This document shows, one piece after another, positions 29,771-43,020 of a DNA stretch of 64,000 bases. This DNA is from the human T2T-CHM13v2.0 reference genome, Homo sapiens: assembly GCF_009914755.1 (NCBI RefSeq), contig NC_060926.1, one strand, 5' to 3'. How positions within the stretch are numbered: position 1 is the first letter of the stretch; each line of letters opens with the position of its first letter. Both the position numbers and the translations under genes were made by a program. The notes beneath the pieces are model-generated. The model was not told the origin of the DNA. It saw only the letters and a list, made by a program, of their open reading frames with translations, and did no database searches.

Positions 29771-29936
29771 ACATTCAGGTTTTGATGGGAAGCCTTGTGT
29801 ACCTGAGACAAGGGATTGAGAACTCACCATATGTTCACCTACTTGATGCAAACCAGTGGGCTGATATCTGTGACATCTTTACACGGGATGCTTGTGCCCT
29901 CCTGGGGCTCTCCGTGGAGTCCCCTCTCAGTGTCAG
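29771..29936 (+). CDS. RMND5A: RMND5A exon 6 ([21 protein letters not shown]...ESPLSVS)
   Basis: ttttttag acceptor, CAG|gtatgg donor, 166 nt. Confidence 0.97.
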
Positions 29937-30311
29937 GTATGGAAATTAGCCCTGTCTGTTATTGAAGTATGCACTGCATTATCACCTTCCCTTAACTTGT
30001 TTGGTTCTTGATGTTTAAAGCCAAAATAACTTTTGTCTTTCCAAAGAAGAGTGCAATTGGTATTTCAAAAGATATCACAATTGGCAGTGATGCTGTTTTA
30101 GAGAAGCAGTTTTGAAAGTGTGGTGTATGAACCTCACAGGATCCTGAGAGCCTTTTCCACTGTATTGACATTAGTACAGATGGTCCAGAAACAGTGGTGG
30201 ACTAAACTGCTAGAGCCTTAGCACAAGTTGGGGCGGTGGTACAAACTCCACGAATAGCTGGATTCCTCACCACCACACACTTGCAGTTTAAGAAATGCTA
30301 GTTTTACTTAA

Positions 30312-30608
30312 CCACGCCTGTAATCTCAGCATTTTAGGAGGCCTAGGAGGGTGGATCACGAGATCAGGAGTTTGAGACCAGCCTGGCCAACATAGTGAAA
30401 CCCGCCTCTACTAAAAACACAAAAAATTAGCTGGACGTGGTGGCGGGTGCCTTTAATCCCAGCTAGTCGGGAAGCCGAGGCAGAAGAATCGCTTGAACCC
30501 AGGAGGCGGAGGTTGCTGTGAGCCAAGATTGCACCATTGCACTCCAGCCCGTGCAACAGTGCAAGACTGTCTCAAAAAAAAAAAAAAAAAAAAAGAAAAG
30601 AAAAAAAG
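30312..30608 (+). mobile_element. AluS
   Basis: Alu sense, slightly 5' truncated. Confidence 0.9.
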
Positions 30609-30617
30609 AATATTCTT

Positions 30618-30740
30618 GGCCTGGTGTGGTGGCTCACATCTGTAATTCCAGCACTTTGGGAGGCTGAGGTGGGGGGAATCTCTTGAGGCCAGGAATTCAA
30701 GACCCACCCGGGTAACACAGCTAGACTCCATTTCTACAGA
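30618..30740 (+). mobile_element. FLAM / left-arm Alu
   Basis: Monomer only. Confidence 0.8.
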
Positions 30741-30847
30741 AAACTTTTTTAAAAAAGGATGTTCTTGGTGAAACATTAAAATTATTAGTTTTATTAAATC
30801 TTGACCTTTCAGTACACATCATCTTAATAATTTGTATGACAAAATAG

Positions 30848-31302
<455 letters not shown>

Positions 31303-31337
31303 TAACATAGTTACGCACACTCAGGTTTTTGGCAGTC

Positions 31338-31482
31338 TTTTTTTTTTTGTCTTTTTTCTTAAATTTTTAAGACATTCTTGCTATGTTGTTCAGGTTGGAC
31401 TCAAACTCCTGGGCTCAAGTGATTCTCCTGCCTCAGGCTCCTGAGTAGCTGGGAGTACAGTTGTGTGCCACATCACCCAGCC
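31338..31482 (-). mobile_element. Alu monomer
   Basis: Antisense monomer. Confidence 0.75.
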
Positions 31483-32334
31483 ATTTTTTTAAGTGAATGA
31501 AGCAAGCCTGTCACATTTGAAAGGTCTTAATTAAGTATGATTTTACAAAAGCATGCATGAGTAAAAGAGTCATTCAAAGTACAAGACAGACAAATGGATT
31601 TTAATGTAGCAGGGTACAAAAAGTTTAATGGTAAAGTTTCAGATTCTGCTCTGCAGCGAACCTTTAGAAAACTACTACCTGTTTTGGCCAAAACTATGAA
31701 AAGTCAGTTTTCGTGTGGTATTAAGGAGGAGTATCCACAATGATCCAAAGTGATCAAAGTAGTACTACACATATGTGTGAAACAAGGTTTTTTTTCATTT
31801 ACCTCAACCAGAAGAACGTATCACAATAGATTTAATGCAGAGTAAACTATAAGAATCCAGCTGTCTTTCTGTTAAGGTAGGCATTCAGGAGAGTTGTGAG
31901 AGTTTGGAACAGTGCCACTCTTCTCACACATATATTTTTGTTTTGGAAACTGTAGTTATTTTTTTATAAGAATGTTTGCAATAATGGCATGGTATTTTAT
32001 TTTTACATGAACTAATCGGCACCTTTTATGTTTCTCATTTTAATTTCTAATGTATTAAAGATATAATCCACAAAAAGAAAAGCTCTTTGAGATCCTTAAT
32101 ACTTAAGCATATAAAGGGGTCCTGAAACCAAAACATTTTAAGAAACTGTTGTAAGAAAATAACTCTTTTTTAGCTCTTCTATTCATTTAATTCCACAAAT
32201 GTTTTGCATACCTGCTATGTGCCAGGCACTGTGGGCACTGTGTTGGATATGAAGATGAATAAGGTGCATTCCACAGGGTGCTCCATCCTAGCGTAGGAGT
32301 GGACAGATGCAATTAGCTATAATGTGAGGCGCTG

Positions 32335-32715
32335 ATGCCATCAAGTTCTCTGAGGAAGACTCTAAAGTGGGAATGTACATGCAGAAAGTTTACTGACATC
32401 AGCACCTGTGGGAGAATGAAAACAGCAGGATTGGGCAGAGAGGAAAGTTGGACTGTATTAGAGTGGCAACAAGGTGTCTCCCATCCGTGAGGAGCTCTGG
32501 AGCTGCTGTGGGCCCGTGGAGTTGTCCCAAATTGGGCCTATAGGGCTGGGGTTTTGTACCCTCACATGGAGCAATTGCTGGATGTGACTCTGGTCAGATG
32601 ACTCTCTTCAACTGAGGACAGTCCTGAAGAGACGGACACAGCTGAGAGTTGGCTGCCAACACTTCCAGATCTGAGAAATGAGTGCTTCCACCCTGGACAG
32701 GGGTGATCTGGGGAT
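32335..32715 (-). mobile_element. LTR33-like ERVL LTR fragment
   Basis: gcaggattgggcagagaggaaagttg...gagctctggagctg...gagttgtcccaaatt recalled signature. Confidence 0.6.
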
Positions 32716-32857
32716 AAGAGGAACTATGCAAAAAAAATGTTTCAGGAGCAAGCATGTCATTTGACTGATAAGCTGAGCCCATTAAATCCAGTTGTTTTGT
32801 GCAATATAAAACCTTTTTTGGCACTAATGTAAGATTATTATGAAATTCTTTATATTT

Positions 32858-33140
32858 TACTTTTTGAAACAGGGTCTCATTCTGTTGCCCAGGTTGGAGT
32901 GCAGTGGCACGATCGTGGCTCACTGCAGCCTCAACCTCCTGGCATCCTCCCACCTCAGCCTGCTCAGTAGCTGGGACTCTAGGCACATGCTACCATACCT
33001 GGCTAATGGCTAATTTTTATATCTTTTGTAGAGACGGGGGTCTCACTGTGTTTCCCAGGCTGGTCTCAAACTCTCAAACTTAGGTAATCCTCCCACCTTG
33101 GCCTCCCAAAGTGCTGCAATTACAGGAGTGAGCCACCACC
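32858..33140 (-). mobile_element. Alu (J-like)
   Basis: Alu antisense. Confidence 0.87.
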
Positions 33141-33924
33141 ATCTGCTGTTATTAAATTCTCTAAAAACCTTATTCTCAATTCTGTACTTCTTTCCTGTGG
33201 ATTGAAAATGGTGTGTAAATCAGCACCATCTGCAGACCACATTTTGAGTATCATTGTTCTAATTAGCGTATACCTTGGAGCACATTTTGTAAGAAAAATA
33301 AGTCTGGTGGTATATGGTCTGTAAGGAAGGGAATAGGAAAGGAAGTTATGTCTTGTATATTGCTGAGTGAAGAATTTTGTGCAAGAACATCTCTTTTTCC
33401 TTCAAACTCAGATGCTAAAACTACTGTATTTGGAAGAGTGTAGTAGTTCTTAATTCCTGCTCTTCATTTGAATTAATTGGTTCTCCAAAGCTGCTTTCTT
33501 TTTTAAAATGCATGTTTTAAAACTTTATTTTTCTATTTTCTGAGGAAGTAAGCTAAAGTTAAATTACCCTAGCAGATGAGTTTTTTTTTTTTAACGTTTG
33601 CGTTCTTTAACTGCATTTACCCCCATATTGGTGAGGTTTATTTAGAAAATTTAGAGTTTTATTTTTTGTTTTGTTTTTTAACTGGGATTGGTTTTCAGTA
33701 ACTTCAGGAAATATACCAGTGGGCCTGGGGAAGAAGGGGAGGGAAAACAAGTTATTTCTCTTCTAGTGGAAATGGCTGGATTTACTTTTAGCAGAACAGA
33801 AAGCTCTCACCCTGTCCAGTGGCCAGGGTCTGCAGCACATAGAGTCTGGAGAAATTGATGTCTCCTTGGACCAAGCGGCCTGACCCCTGGCCTGGCACTG
33901 ACGTTTCCTCTTCTGCTCTCCCAG

Positions 33925-34027
33925 TTTCTCAGCAGGTTGTGTGGCGCTGCCAGCTTTAATTAACATCAAAGCCGTGATTGAACAGAGGCAGTGTACTGGA
34001 GTTTGGAACCAGAAAGATGAATTACCT
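33925..34027 (+). CDS. RMND5A: RMND5A exon 7 ([34 protein letters not shown])
   Basis: cactgac branch point, pyrimidine tract, cccag acceptor; CCT|gtgagt donor; 103 nt. Confidence 0.96.
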
Positions 34028-35458
34028 GTGAGTTCCATTTTCTATTGGCTATTTACTTTTACTGCCATTAGAAGAATATGGCATCTTTAAATGTTCATCT
34101 TACCTTTTAACCAGGAAACATTGTAGCCATTTGACAGGAGTTCTTTTATGGATATATAAAAGATTAAACAATACAAATGAAGAGCCTAGTACATTTTGGG
34201 GACCCTGGAGGAGGAGTATTATAATTTTGACTTGAAGTGCCTTTGAAAGCTGGTGAAGGGAAACATCAGAAGTGGGGAGGGCTGTACATACAGTAGCAGG
34301 CAGTGTGTTCTGCAGTGCAGTTCACAAACCACTCCTGTGATTGTTTTTCTAATATAAACGCAAATTTAATTGGTTTTACTTTTGTCTTAACTATTGCTGT
34401 CGATAAGATCACGAGTTTGTGCTGGTTACATTTGCCAATAGAATAAGTATAGAGCTCTTAAAGGTCGTAACACCTGCAGTCATCAGTGGGTCTCTAGTAC
34501 TGTATTTCTACTGCTCTCATGGAAAGGACCATGGTTTTAAACATCAGCACGATCACTTGCCAACTCTAGAACTTCTCTAAGCAGTAGTGTATTCATCTCT
34601 AAGACAAGCACCAGCTTTCTCTTTATGGGGCTGCTGAAGGCTAGAGATAACATAAGCATGCTTAGAATAAGACGGGATACATGGTAGGCACTCAAATTGT
34701 GGCTGCCATGGTGCAGTTATGATGTGAAGTGGCGAAGGTCATTGTATGTATGTTTCCACCAGGTCTCTGACAGGCACTGAGGCTCTGGCCTGGAATTGTC
34801 GTTCCTGTCATGATTGTGTCACAGACCCTGAAAAGCTAACATACGCATTTGTTTTTTTGCCCGTTTTATACCACACCTGTACACGGGTTTATTTGCAGTT
34901 ACCTTGTTCTTCCAGCAGGTAACCCTGTCAGTTGGTTGCCCCAGCTTCTCCTCAAAGATCTTTTCTGATTAAAGGCACAGGTGCAGTCCTGTTCCTGAGT
35001 GTGGTCAGGACACAAGTAGCACTCCTGCTCTACTGCCGCTAACTTGAACAAGTGAAAAGAACTTGAGCCTTCACTTGTTTTGTGGAGGCAGGTGCCTGGC
35101 ATCTGGCAGTTTCCCATTTATGTTGTAAGCATCTCTGACATGCACTAAGAGCAGACTGAAATCTGAATTCACCTAAAGACTGTGTGTCAAGCCAGTAAAG
35201 CCATTAGAGGTGGTGATCAGGTCATTGTTTGTCAGACTTGTTTTTACACTTTGTCAGCTTTCTTGAAAATAATCTTGAAGGCTAATTTAACACTTTGAAT
35301 CACTAAGACTGTCCATCTGAGTTAGAAGAGTGCTATAGAAAGTTACATTCAGGTGAATAGATCTGATCAATGTTCTTTGCTGCACAGTGTATATTACCAT
35401 GTGGATGGTTTTGTGAAATATGACTTCAGCTTTTTTACTTTTTTTTTTTTTTTAACAG

Positions 35459-35613
35459 ATTGAAGTGGACCTTGGTAAAAAGTGCTGGTATCACTCTATA
35501 TTTGCCTGCCCCATTCTTCGTCAGCAAACAACAGATAACAATCCACCCATGAAATTGGTCTGTGGTCATATTATATCAAGAGATGCCCTGAATAAAATGT
35601 TTAATGGTAGCAA
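35459..35613 (+). CDS. RMND5A: RMND5A exon 8 ([52 protein letters not shown]; degenerate RING)
   Basis: poly-T + aacag acceptor, AA|gtaagt donor, 155 nt. Confidence 0.97.
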
Positions 35614-36068
35614 GTAAGTGTCTGACTTTTAAAAAATGTTAGCAAATAAATTTTGTTTTGGAACTTGGTAGGAGGATAAGAAGTGATGAGGATTAAAAAA
35701 ATGTAGCTAGATTTAGAACTAAATAAATTTCTTAACTATTCATTTGGCAAAGTTGGTGGTATCTGATTTGAGTATTTTTAATGTGTCTATGGATTTGGTG
35801 ATTAGATTTATAAGCATGTCTTTAACTTAACTTTTGGGGTAGGTGATAGATTTTCCCCTTTTTTATACAAATGGTCGCATACTAAAAAATGTTCTGTACT
35901 TTGCTGTTTTCACTTAGTGATGTATTTTGGAGATCTTTTTCTGTGCTGTAGAAACAGCCCTCATTATTTTTTTGTTAAAGCTGCAGTATATTCTACTGTA
36001 TAGAAATATGATTGGGTAGCCAGTTCCCTATTGATGAACATTTGTTTCTCTAAACAGTGCTAAGTGAA

Positions 36069-36392
36069 GGCCAGGTGTGGTGGCTTATGCCTGTAATCCC
36101 AGCACTGTGGGAGGCCGAGGCAGGCGGATCACGAGGTCAGGAGATTGAGACCATCCTGGCTAACACGGTGAAATCCCATCTCTACTAAAAATACAAAAAC
36201 AAAAAATTAGCCGGGTGTGGTGGCGGACACCTGTAGTCCCAGTTACTCAGGAGGCTGAGGCAGGAGAAGGGCGTGAACCCGAGAGGCAGAGCTTGCAGGG
36301 AGCCGAGATTGTGCCACTGCACTCCAGCCTGGGCGACAGAGCAAGACTCCATCTCAAAAAACAAAAACAAAAAACAAAACAAAACAAAAAAA
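36069..36392 (+). mobile_element. AluY
   Basis: accatcctggctaacacggtgaaa and ggcgtgaacc diagnostics; TSD agtgctaagtgaa. Confidence 0.92.
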
Positions 36393-36486
36393 CATAGTGC
36401 TAAGTGAATTATCTATACCTGATACATAAATTCCTAGAACTGAAATTGCTGGTTCAAAGGATATATGCATTTGTAATTTATTTTAG

Positions 36487-36778
<292 letters not shown>

Positions 36779-37248
36779 AAAATTGTTGATCTTAGTTCAG
36801 GCTGTACTGGTTTCATGTGTCACTGTGAGGCATGTGGGCCGTTCTTGGTGTGGGCTTGTAGCTGCCATCAGATTTGCTGCCCTTGAATGGATTGTGTGAC
36901 CAGTACATTTGAAATTCATTTAAAGACTGTTGCAACCTAAACCTTTGGGAAAGAGAAATTGAATTTATTTTCGAAACCCCAAAAACAATTTCCAGAAAAG
37001 TTACCTTTGTTTTGTTTAAGAAACAATTTAGGATCTGGCATGGGTGGTATGTATTTGTGACCCTTCAAATCTTGGCAGTTATATTAAGGGAAAGCATAGT
37101 TCATCCTCAAAGCAAAATACAAACAGACTTGTTTTTGTGTGTTCTTATATGTGTGTATAATTGTTAAAGATACTCTATAACTAGATAAAAATTGAATACA
37201 CAGTACTGAGCCTGCTCCTTCACTCAGTGTTTTCTTCTTTGTCTTTAG

Positions 37249-37312
37249 ATTAAAATGTCCCTACTGTCCAATGGAACAAAGTCCAGGAGATGCCAAACAG
37301 ATATTTTTCTGA
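37249..37312 (+). CDS. RMND5A: RMND5A last coding exon ([20 protein letters not shown])
   Basis: tttag acceptor; TGA at 37310-37312; exon phases are consistent across all eight exons. Confidence 0.97.
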
Positions 37313-40300
37313 AGAGATAACTTTAGTTTGCAATTTGTAAGTGAAACTGAATCGTGGGTGCATTTCAGAAGAGAACGTTCCATATAATGCAGCTAACCAA
37401 GGACTCCTGTGTTTCTATAAGCTAATGCTCCAGAAACTTTGCCAACCTGTTAGTGTACACACACTGAGGGGAGTGCTCCCGGTGAATATTATCATAGGGC
37501 TTTATTATATTCTTGGTCTTCATTTCTGATCAAGTAAATACACCAGCAGTTGTCATTCAATGCAGGTTTTTGTACTTAATTATATGGTGATTTTTTTACT
37601 TTTTAAGAGCAGAAACGGAAATTGACCTCCCCGCCATGTGTTTAATATTCCTCCTGCTTTTACTTTTGTCATTTTCTTGATAATCGTAAGCCTTGAGAGT
37701 GTTTGTGAAAAAGTTTTATTTCCTGTTATGTATACATAATTAAATGAAAATTCTTCAGAAAAAGTTTGATAAATTGAATTGTGGTTATGAAACTAATTTG
37801 CATTTTTATTTGCTTAAGAAAGAAAGCTGTGATAGATTCCAGATATGCTTTTTGATGTTTTCCTCTGCTCCAGCTCCAAGAAGTCAGCACACCTGCATTT
37901 TAGCTCTGCATGCAGCCCCAGCAGGCTGCGTGTTTAAGAATTTCATTGTTTAACTGGCTGGTGTGAGAAGTCTTCCGTTAGCATAGAGTGGAAGGAGTAC
38001 TATTGTTTGGTTGGGTTTTTGTTTGTTTGTTTTTTGTTTTTGCTTTTATTGCCAAGAGGTGCTTGTTTTAAAAGTATGTTTAATAAAATGAAATTCTAAA
38101 GTTAGAAGTGTTCTTAAGTTGATATTTACTCTCTTGGTCTTGGTAGCCCTATTATATCATTGCAGACACAGTGTTGTGCATGTGTGTATTGTATATGTGC
38201 ACCAGCATCAAACATTGTGTATCTGGAAGGAAAGCAGCATGTTCCAGTTCTAAAATGCAGTTACCAGACCCATCACTTTAAATCCTTAAAGTTAGAAGCT
38301 AGCAAATTTTCTGTAGTGCAGAACGTTTATTGCTGTTTTTGTGTTTGAATAGTATAATGTTTGATGCCTCTCTTCTGCAAAGCGTATCATCTCATTGACT
38401 GTGAATCTGTATATTATTCTGATGGATACAGATAATGATCTTTTCTCTTGTGAGGTATCTTCATTTATGCACTGTCCAAAAATAGCCATGTGTAAGAGTC
38501 TTTCTGTATGACGAACTACATGGAAAAGACTTCTGTGGACATAATTCTGACCGAAACCCATGAAGTTACTTCAGTATAAGAAGAACGTTACACGGAAATC
38601 ACCAAATATTTTGCAACTTTATTTCTTCTGACATGGAGTGAACATCAATAGGAATACTTTCAAAGAAAATGAAAACACAGAAGCAAAGAGAAATGTGGCA
38701 CTTCACATTTTAAACTACAGATGGACTTGGTTTGAGGGAGGGGGAATCACAGATTTGGTGCTAAGTTAATTAGAAACTGGCAGCGTTTTACAGTAGTACA
38801 CCAGCCTGGATGTTTTTTCTAAAATGTTTACCTGGGAGAGCTGGGGTTTGTTTGTGAGGAGAAAGAGTACTGTGGAAAACCTCTGCTTGAGTACCATGTG
38901 GCCAGGCCTATGTGGATGGCTACTCCGTGCTGTGCGGCTTCACCAGCGGTTGGGATTGGCCCAGCTTGGAGTGCTTGTGTGGTCCAACCTCAGTCTGGCC
39001 CCATAGTGACTTTTGCCCCATGATTCTGCTTCACTGTTGGAATCCTCTTTGAAGTTCCCCCTCTCTTTGCTAAAGCAGTGAAGGAAGAGAACAGAGACAA
39101 ACTCTTTGGACTGTGAAAGAGAAGGTAGAGAATTCCAGGCAACAGTCTGACCAAGGGTGTAAACCAGTTTATTATATATATATTTTTCCTTTGAATTAAA
39201 ACCTAGAGTGTTGTATTTTTCTTTCTTTTTTTTTTTTTTTTTTTTTTACCCTTTTTCTCCTTAGGCCAAGTTTAGCTTATTCTTATCTTTCCACCCAAAC
39301 ACCTACACAACGTTTAGGCTTCCTGTAAGGTTTGAATGAGACAGATGTACTCTGAAGGCTGGTGGTAAATGTGTTTGATGACCAGACTCTTCATACAGTC
39401 GGCTTGGGCCACTTTAAAGGACAAAAGCCAGAGCTCAGCTTTATCCCTCTCCCAGTGCTGGGAGCCAAAAAACTGTTGACAGTTTTTTGTGCAGCTCAAG
39501 AAAACTTTGAAAAGAACATGCTTTAACTGAAGCATTGGACTCTGCAGCTTTCTGTGTAAGGCCCGTGTACTCCCACTGGGCAGGGTGAGGACCAAAAATC
39601 TGAAACTCTTATGAATCTGACATATTATATGGAAATTATATCTTGTGACCGTCTTCAAGTGCATGGACTTAAAATTCATGAGAGACTAAATGTGAGGGAG
39701 AGGTGGATTTAAAGAGGCCAGACCTTAACCAAAGATGCTGAGATACAGCATTCTGTCCCCCCTGCCCTAGAAACTCCATAAATGCTGTCACAACCCTATC
39801 ATTGCTGATGCTTTCTGCATGTCAGCAGTCCAGGAGGATGCTTTTTGTCTCTCTTTGCCTCCACTTTACAAAAGATAATATGATAGAGGCAACGTTTATA
39901 ACAGTCACATTTAATTATAATGTACATCAAAGGCAGAATTTCAGAATGGTTTCTTAAATTTCCTTGGGAACGGTTTCCACATATCAGTTATAGACAAAGG
40001 CCATGGGACTATGCTAAACCAATAAAACCTTATTAGCAAATCTTTAGATTCTGACTTAGCCAGAGCATCTGAGTGTTCAAGTACAGTTTTACAGTGGCTA
40101 AGGTTGTCTCTTGATCTTTTTTCTCCGTTGTGTGATCACAGATGCTATTTCTGTTTTATTGGTGATTATACGAGACTTCTAATACATAAATGAACGGGTA
40201 TTGGTGCCTCTTTATTTTAAAAAATTTGAAGAAAAGAGCCACCTCATATTCATAGGGTGTGTATTTTTTGAGTGTGAGCATTTAATTGAAAATAAGAAAG

Positions 40301-41940
40301 CTATGAAGTAAATGTTAACTTCTCTGTAGCAGCTAATGCATAGAGACACTAAAACCCACACCACATTTTGTGGGAAATGAGGATCCTGATCCTCTTTTGT
40401 CCTCTCCAGGTAGTCTCGCAGGTTATGCAGCTTAAGTTCAGTCTTCTTTATGCTGCGATTGATTTCCACCTCAGTGGCTTAGCCTTTGGGACAGTGGATA
40501 CTGCAACAGCCAAGAACTCTTGGTTATCCGCACAAGCTGCTGGTAGACTACATTAGCCCTCTGGTTTTCCAGCTCAACCTCTGATAAAGTGGACTGAGAG
40601 CCACGCTGCTCAGTCTGTTTCGTCAGCCGACTCAGGTTATTTTCAGGGAAGGCATGGAGGCATAGTTTGGTTAGTTTCATCACTAGGATGTATAAGGTGA
40701 CGACACAAACCAAATACCTTTCTTTCATCACTTAACTATACGTACTTTATCTCTGGTAACACTAGAATGCTGTGGTCTTGAGGGAATGTTAGCAAGGAAC
40801 ACATAGAAGATTTGGTGTTTCATAAGCCTGTCTAGGTGTGGCAGGTTTTGTGTGGTACACTGATGTTTACCATAAGCAGGTACAAGCTTCATGAACCGTT
40901 CTTAATGAACTATAATTGAATAGATACCAAAAATAGAATGACAAATGTATTTTAATAGCAGATGAGGCAGTTTTAGGATGAATTTTCCACTGTTGATTTT
41001 ACTTCAAGACATAGCAAGAGAAACAAAATTTTGTTTTCAAGACATTTCCACTGCAGTTTCAAGCTGTAGTGGGCATATGCTTCATTTACTTCCAAAGAGG
41101 CAAAAGCAGCTGGAATTGGCTTACAGCACATGCTTTGTTTCATGTTATGGGTGAGGACCTACATACACTCTTACTTTAGCAGTCACTTAACCTTCTCCAG
41201 CAAGGCAGTTGTGGGGTTCACTAGGATTTAGTGCCTGATCTTTTTTTTGGGAAGGGGCGGGAATGAATGTGTTGGGGCTGGGAGGGAAGCAGAAGAAAAT
41301 GGGAGTGTGAGTGAGTGTGCATGTGTCTGAAGTTCACCATTGCCCCCACCTGCACCTAGCAAGGAACAGGTGTTTGATGTATTTTGCTCATGACTGCAGT
41401 ATGCATGTATTTTTTTCCTTCTCTGTGTTTTCTAAACTTACACTAAAGGATTCATCAAATCATCTTGTTCAGATGGCTCAGGATTGTATTTATTTTGCTT
41501 ACCCCGTGCTCTTGGGTTCTATAGTATTTCTATAATTATGTAACGAGAATAGTGTTGCACTGTAATCTATCATATAGAGCTATATGTATGGAAAATTTTG
41601 ATCAATTTTTTAAGAAATGTATCCTGTTTGCAAAGGCACAGTAAAGTTGCATCTTATAGACTATAGGCAATAAAGCTAACAATAAACCTTATTTAACACA
41701 AACCACATCCATATCCTCTGTTCATTTGATTTTGGAAAAAGTAGCATATCCAGTAGTTTCAGGGAATTCATTTTAACTTTAAGAATTCTGATATATTTAA
41801 TTTATAAATTTCGGACTGATATAATAGAGTTTTGGAAAACTATAAGAAATGCTTTGTTAATGTGTGTATTCCTATGTAAAACACATGGCTTTTCCTGTGT
41901 ATATTTTTAAAAATTAAAGAAATGCACATTTAAAAAGTGT
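37313..41940 (+). other. RMND5A: RMND5A long 3'UTR
   Basis: AU-rich stretch with no recognisable interspersed repeats after the stop; AATAAA at 38082, 40021, 41669, 41681 and ATTAAA at 41913; exact end uncertain. Confidence 0.8.
41669..41686 (+). terminator. Tandem AATAAA polyadenylation signals of RMND5A
   Basis: caataaagctaacaataaa followed by U-rich sequence. Confidence 0.7.
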
Positions 41941-42116
41941 TTTGTGGAACCAGTCTGTATAAATGTGCCAGGTGACAAAGGTATGAGGGAGGGAGTAGGG
42001 AGGTGCTGACTGTGAGAAGAGAAAATTGCTGTCTGTATTTGCTAAGGGTCTGCATGTCAAGAATTTAAGAAAATATCTGTCCCCATCTTACTGTGTTTCT
42101 GTGCCACCAACAGTGA

Positions 42117-42448
<332 letters not shown>

Positions 42449-42909
42449 TGAGTCCCGAGTTTCTGAGTAGGGGATTGTTTTAATGTTTCCAGGCTGCTGC
42501 CCCCTCTCGCCCCTCCTGTGCACAGCGGGGACCCTGCCCTGTGTACTGACCAGAGTGGCAGTGAGTGTATGATTGGTAAAGTGGAGCCCGGAAACAGCTC
42601 GATGTCCAGGCTGCTGGAGGGGGTAGAACTTGTGCTGTCAGCATTACCAGGGAAGACCAGAAACTGAATTGCCTTGTCCTCCATGGCAGGCCAAGGTTGT
42701 AGAGACCAAGCACTTATTTGTACTCCTTTTGTATATTTTTTAAGAGAAAGACTTAGTGTTACCTGAGATTTTAGAATGTTTCTTACCTATGGAAACCCTT
42801 GTGGTCCCATCCAGTCAGGTTGGAGCTAGTGGCCCAGGTAGTATAGAAGAGGCCTGGCAGGCCAGGCCAAGGTCTCACCACCTTTCCCTCCAGCATTTGG
42901 GCTCCTCAG

Positions 42910-43020
42910 GACTCAAAGTGTGGTCCATGGACCAGCAGCATCTCAGCATCACCTGGGAGCCTGTGAGAAATGCAGAATATCAGGCCTCAGCTCAACCCTG
43001 CTGAACCAAAGTCTGCATGG
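42910..43020. mobile_element. MER5A fragment
   Basis: ctcaaagtgtggtcc...agcatcacctgggagc...gaaatgcaga. Confidence 0.8.
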
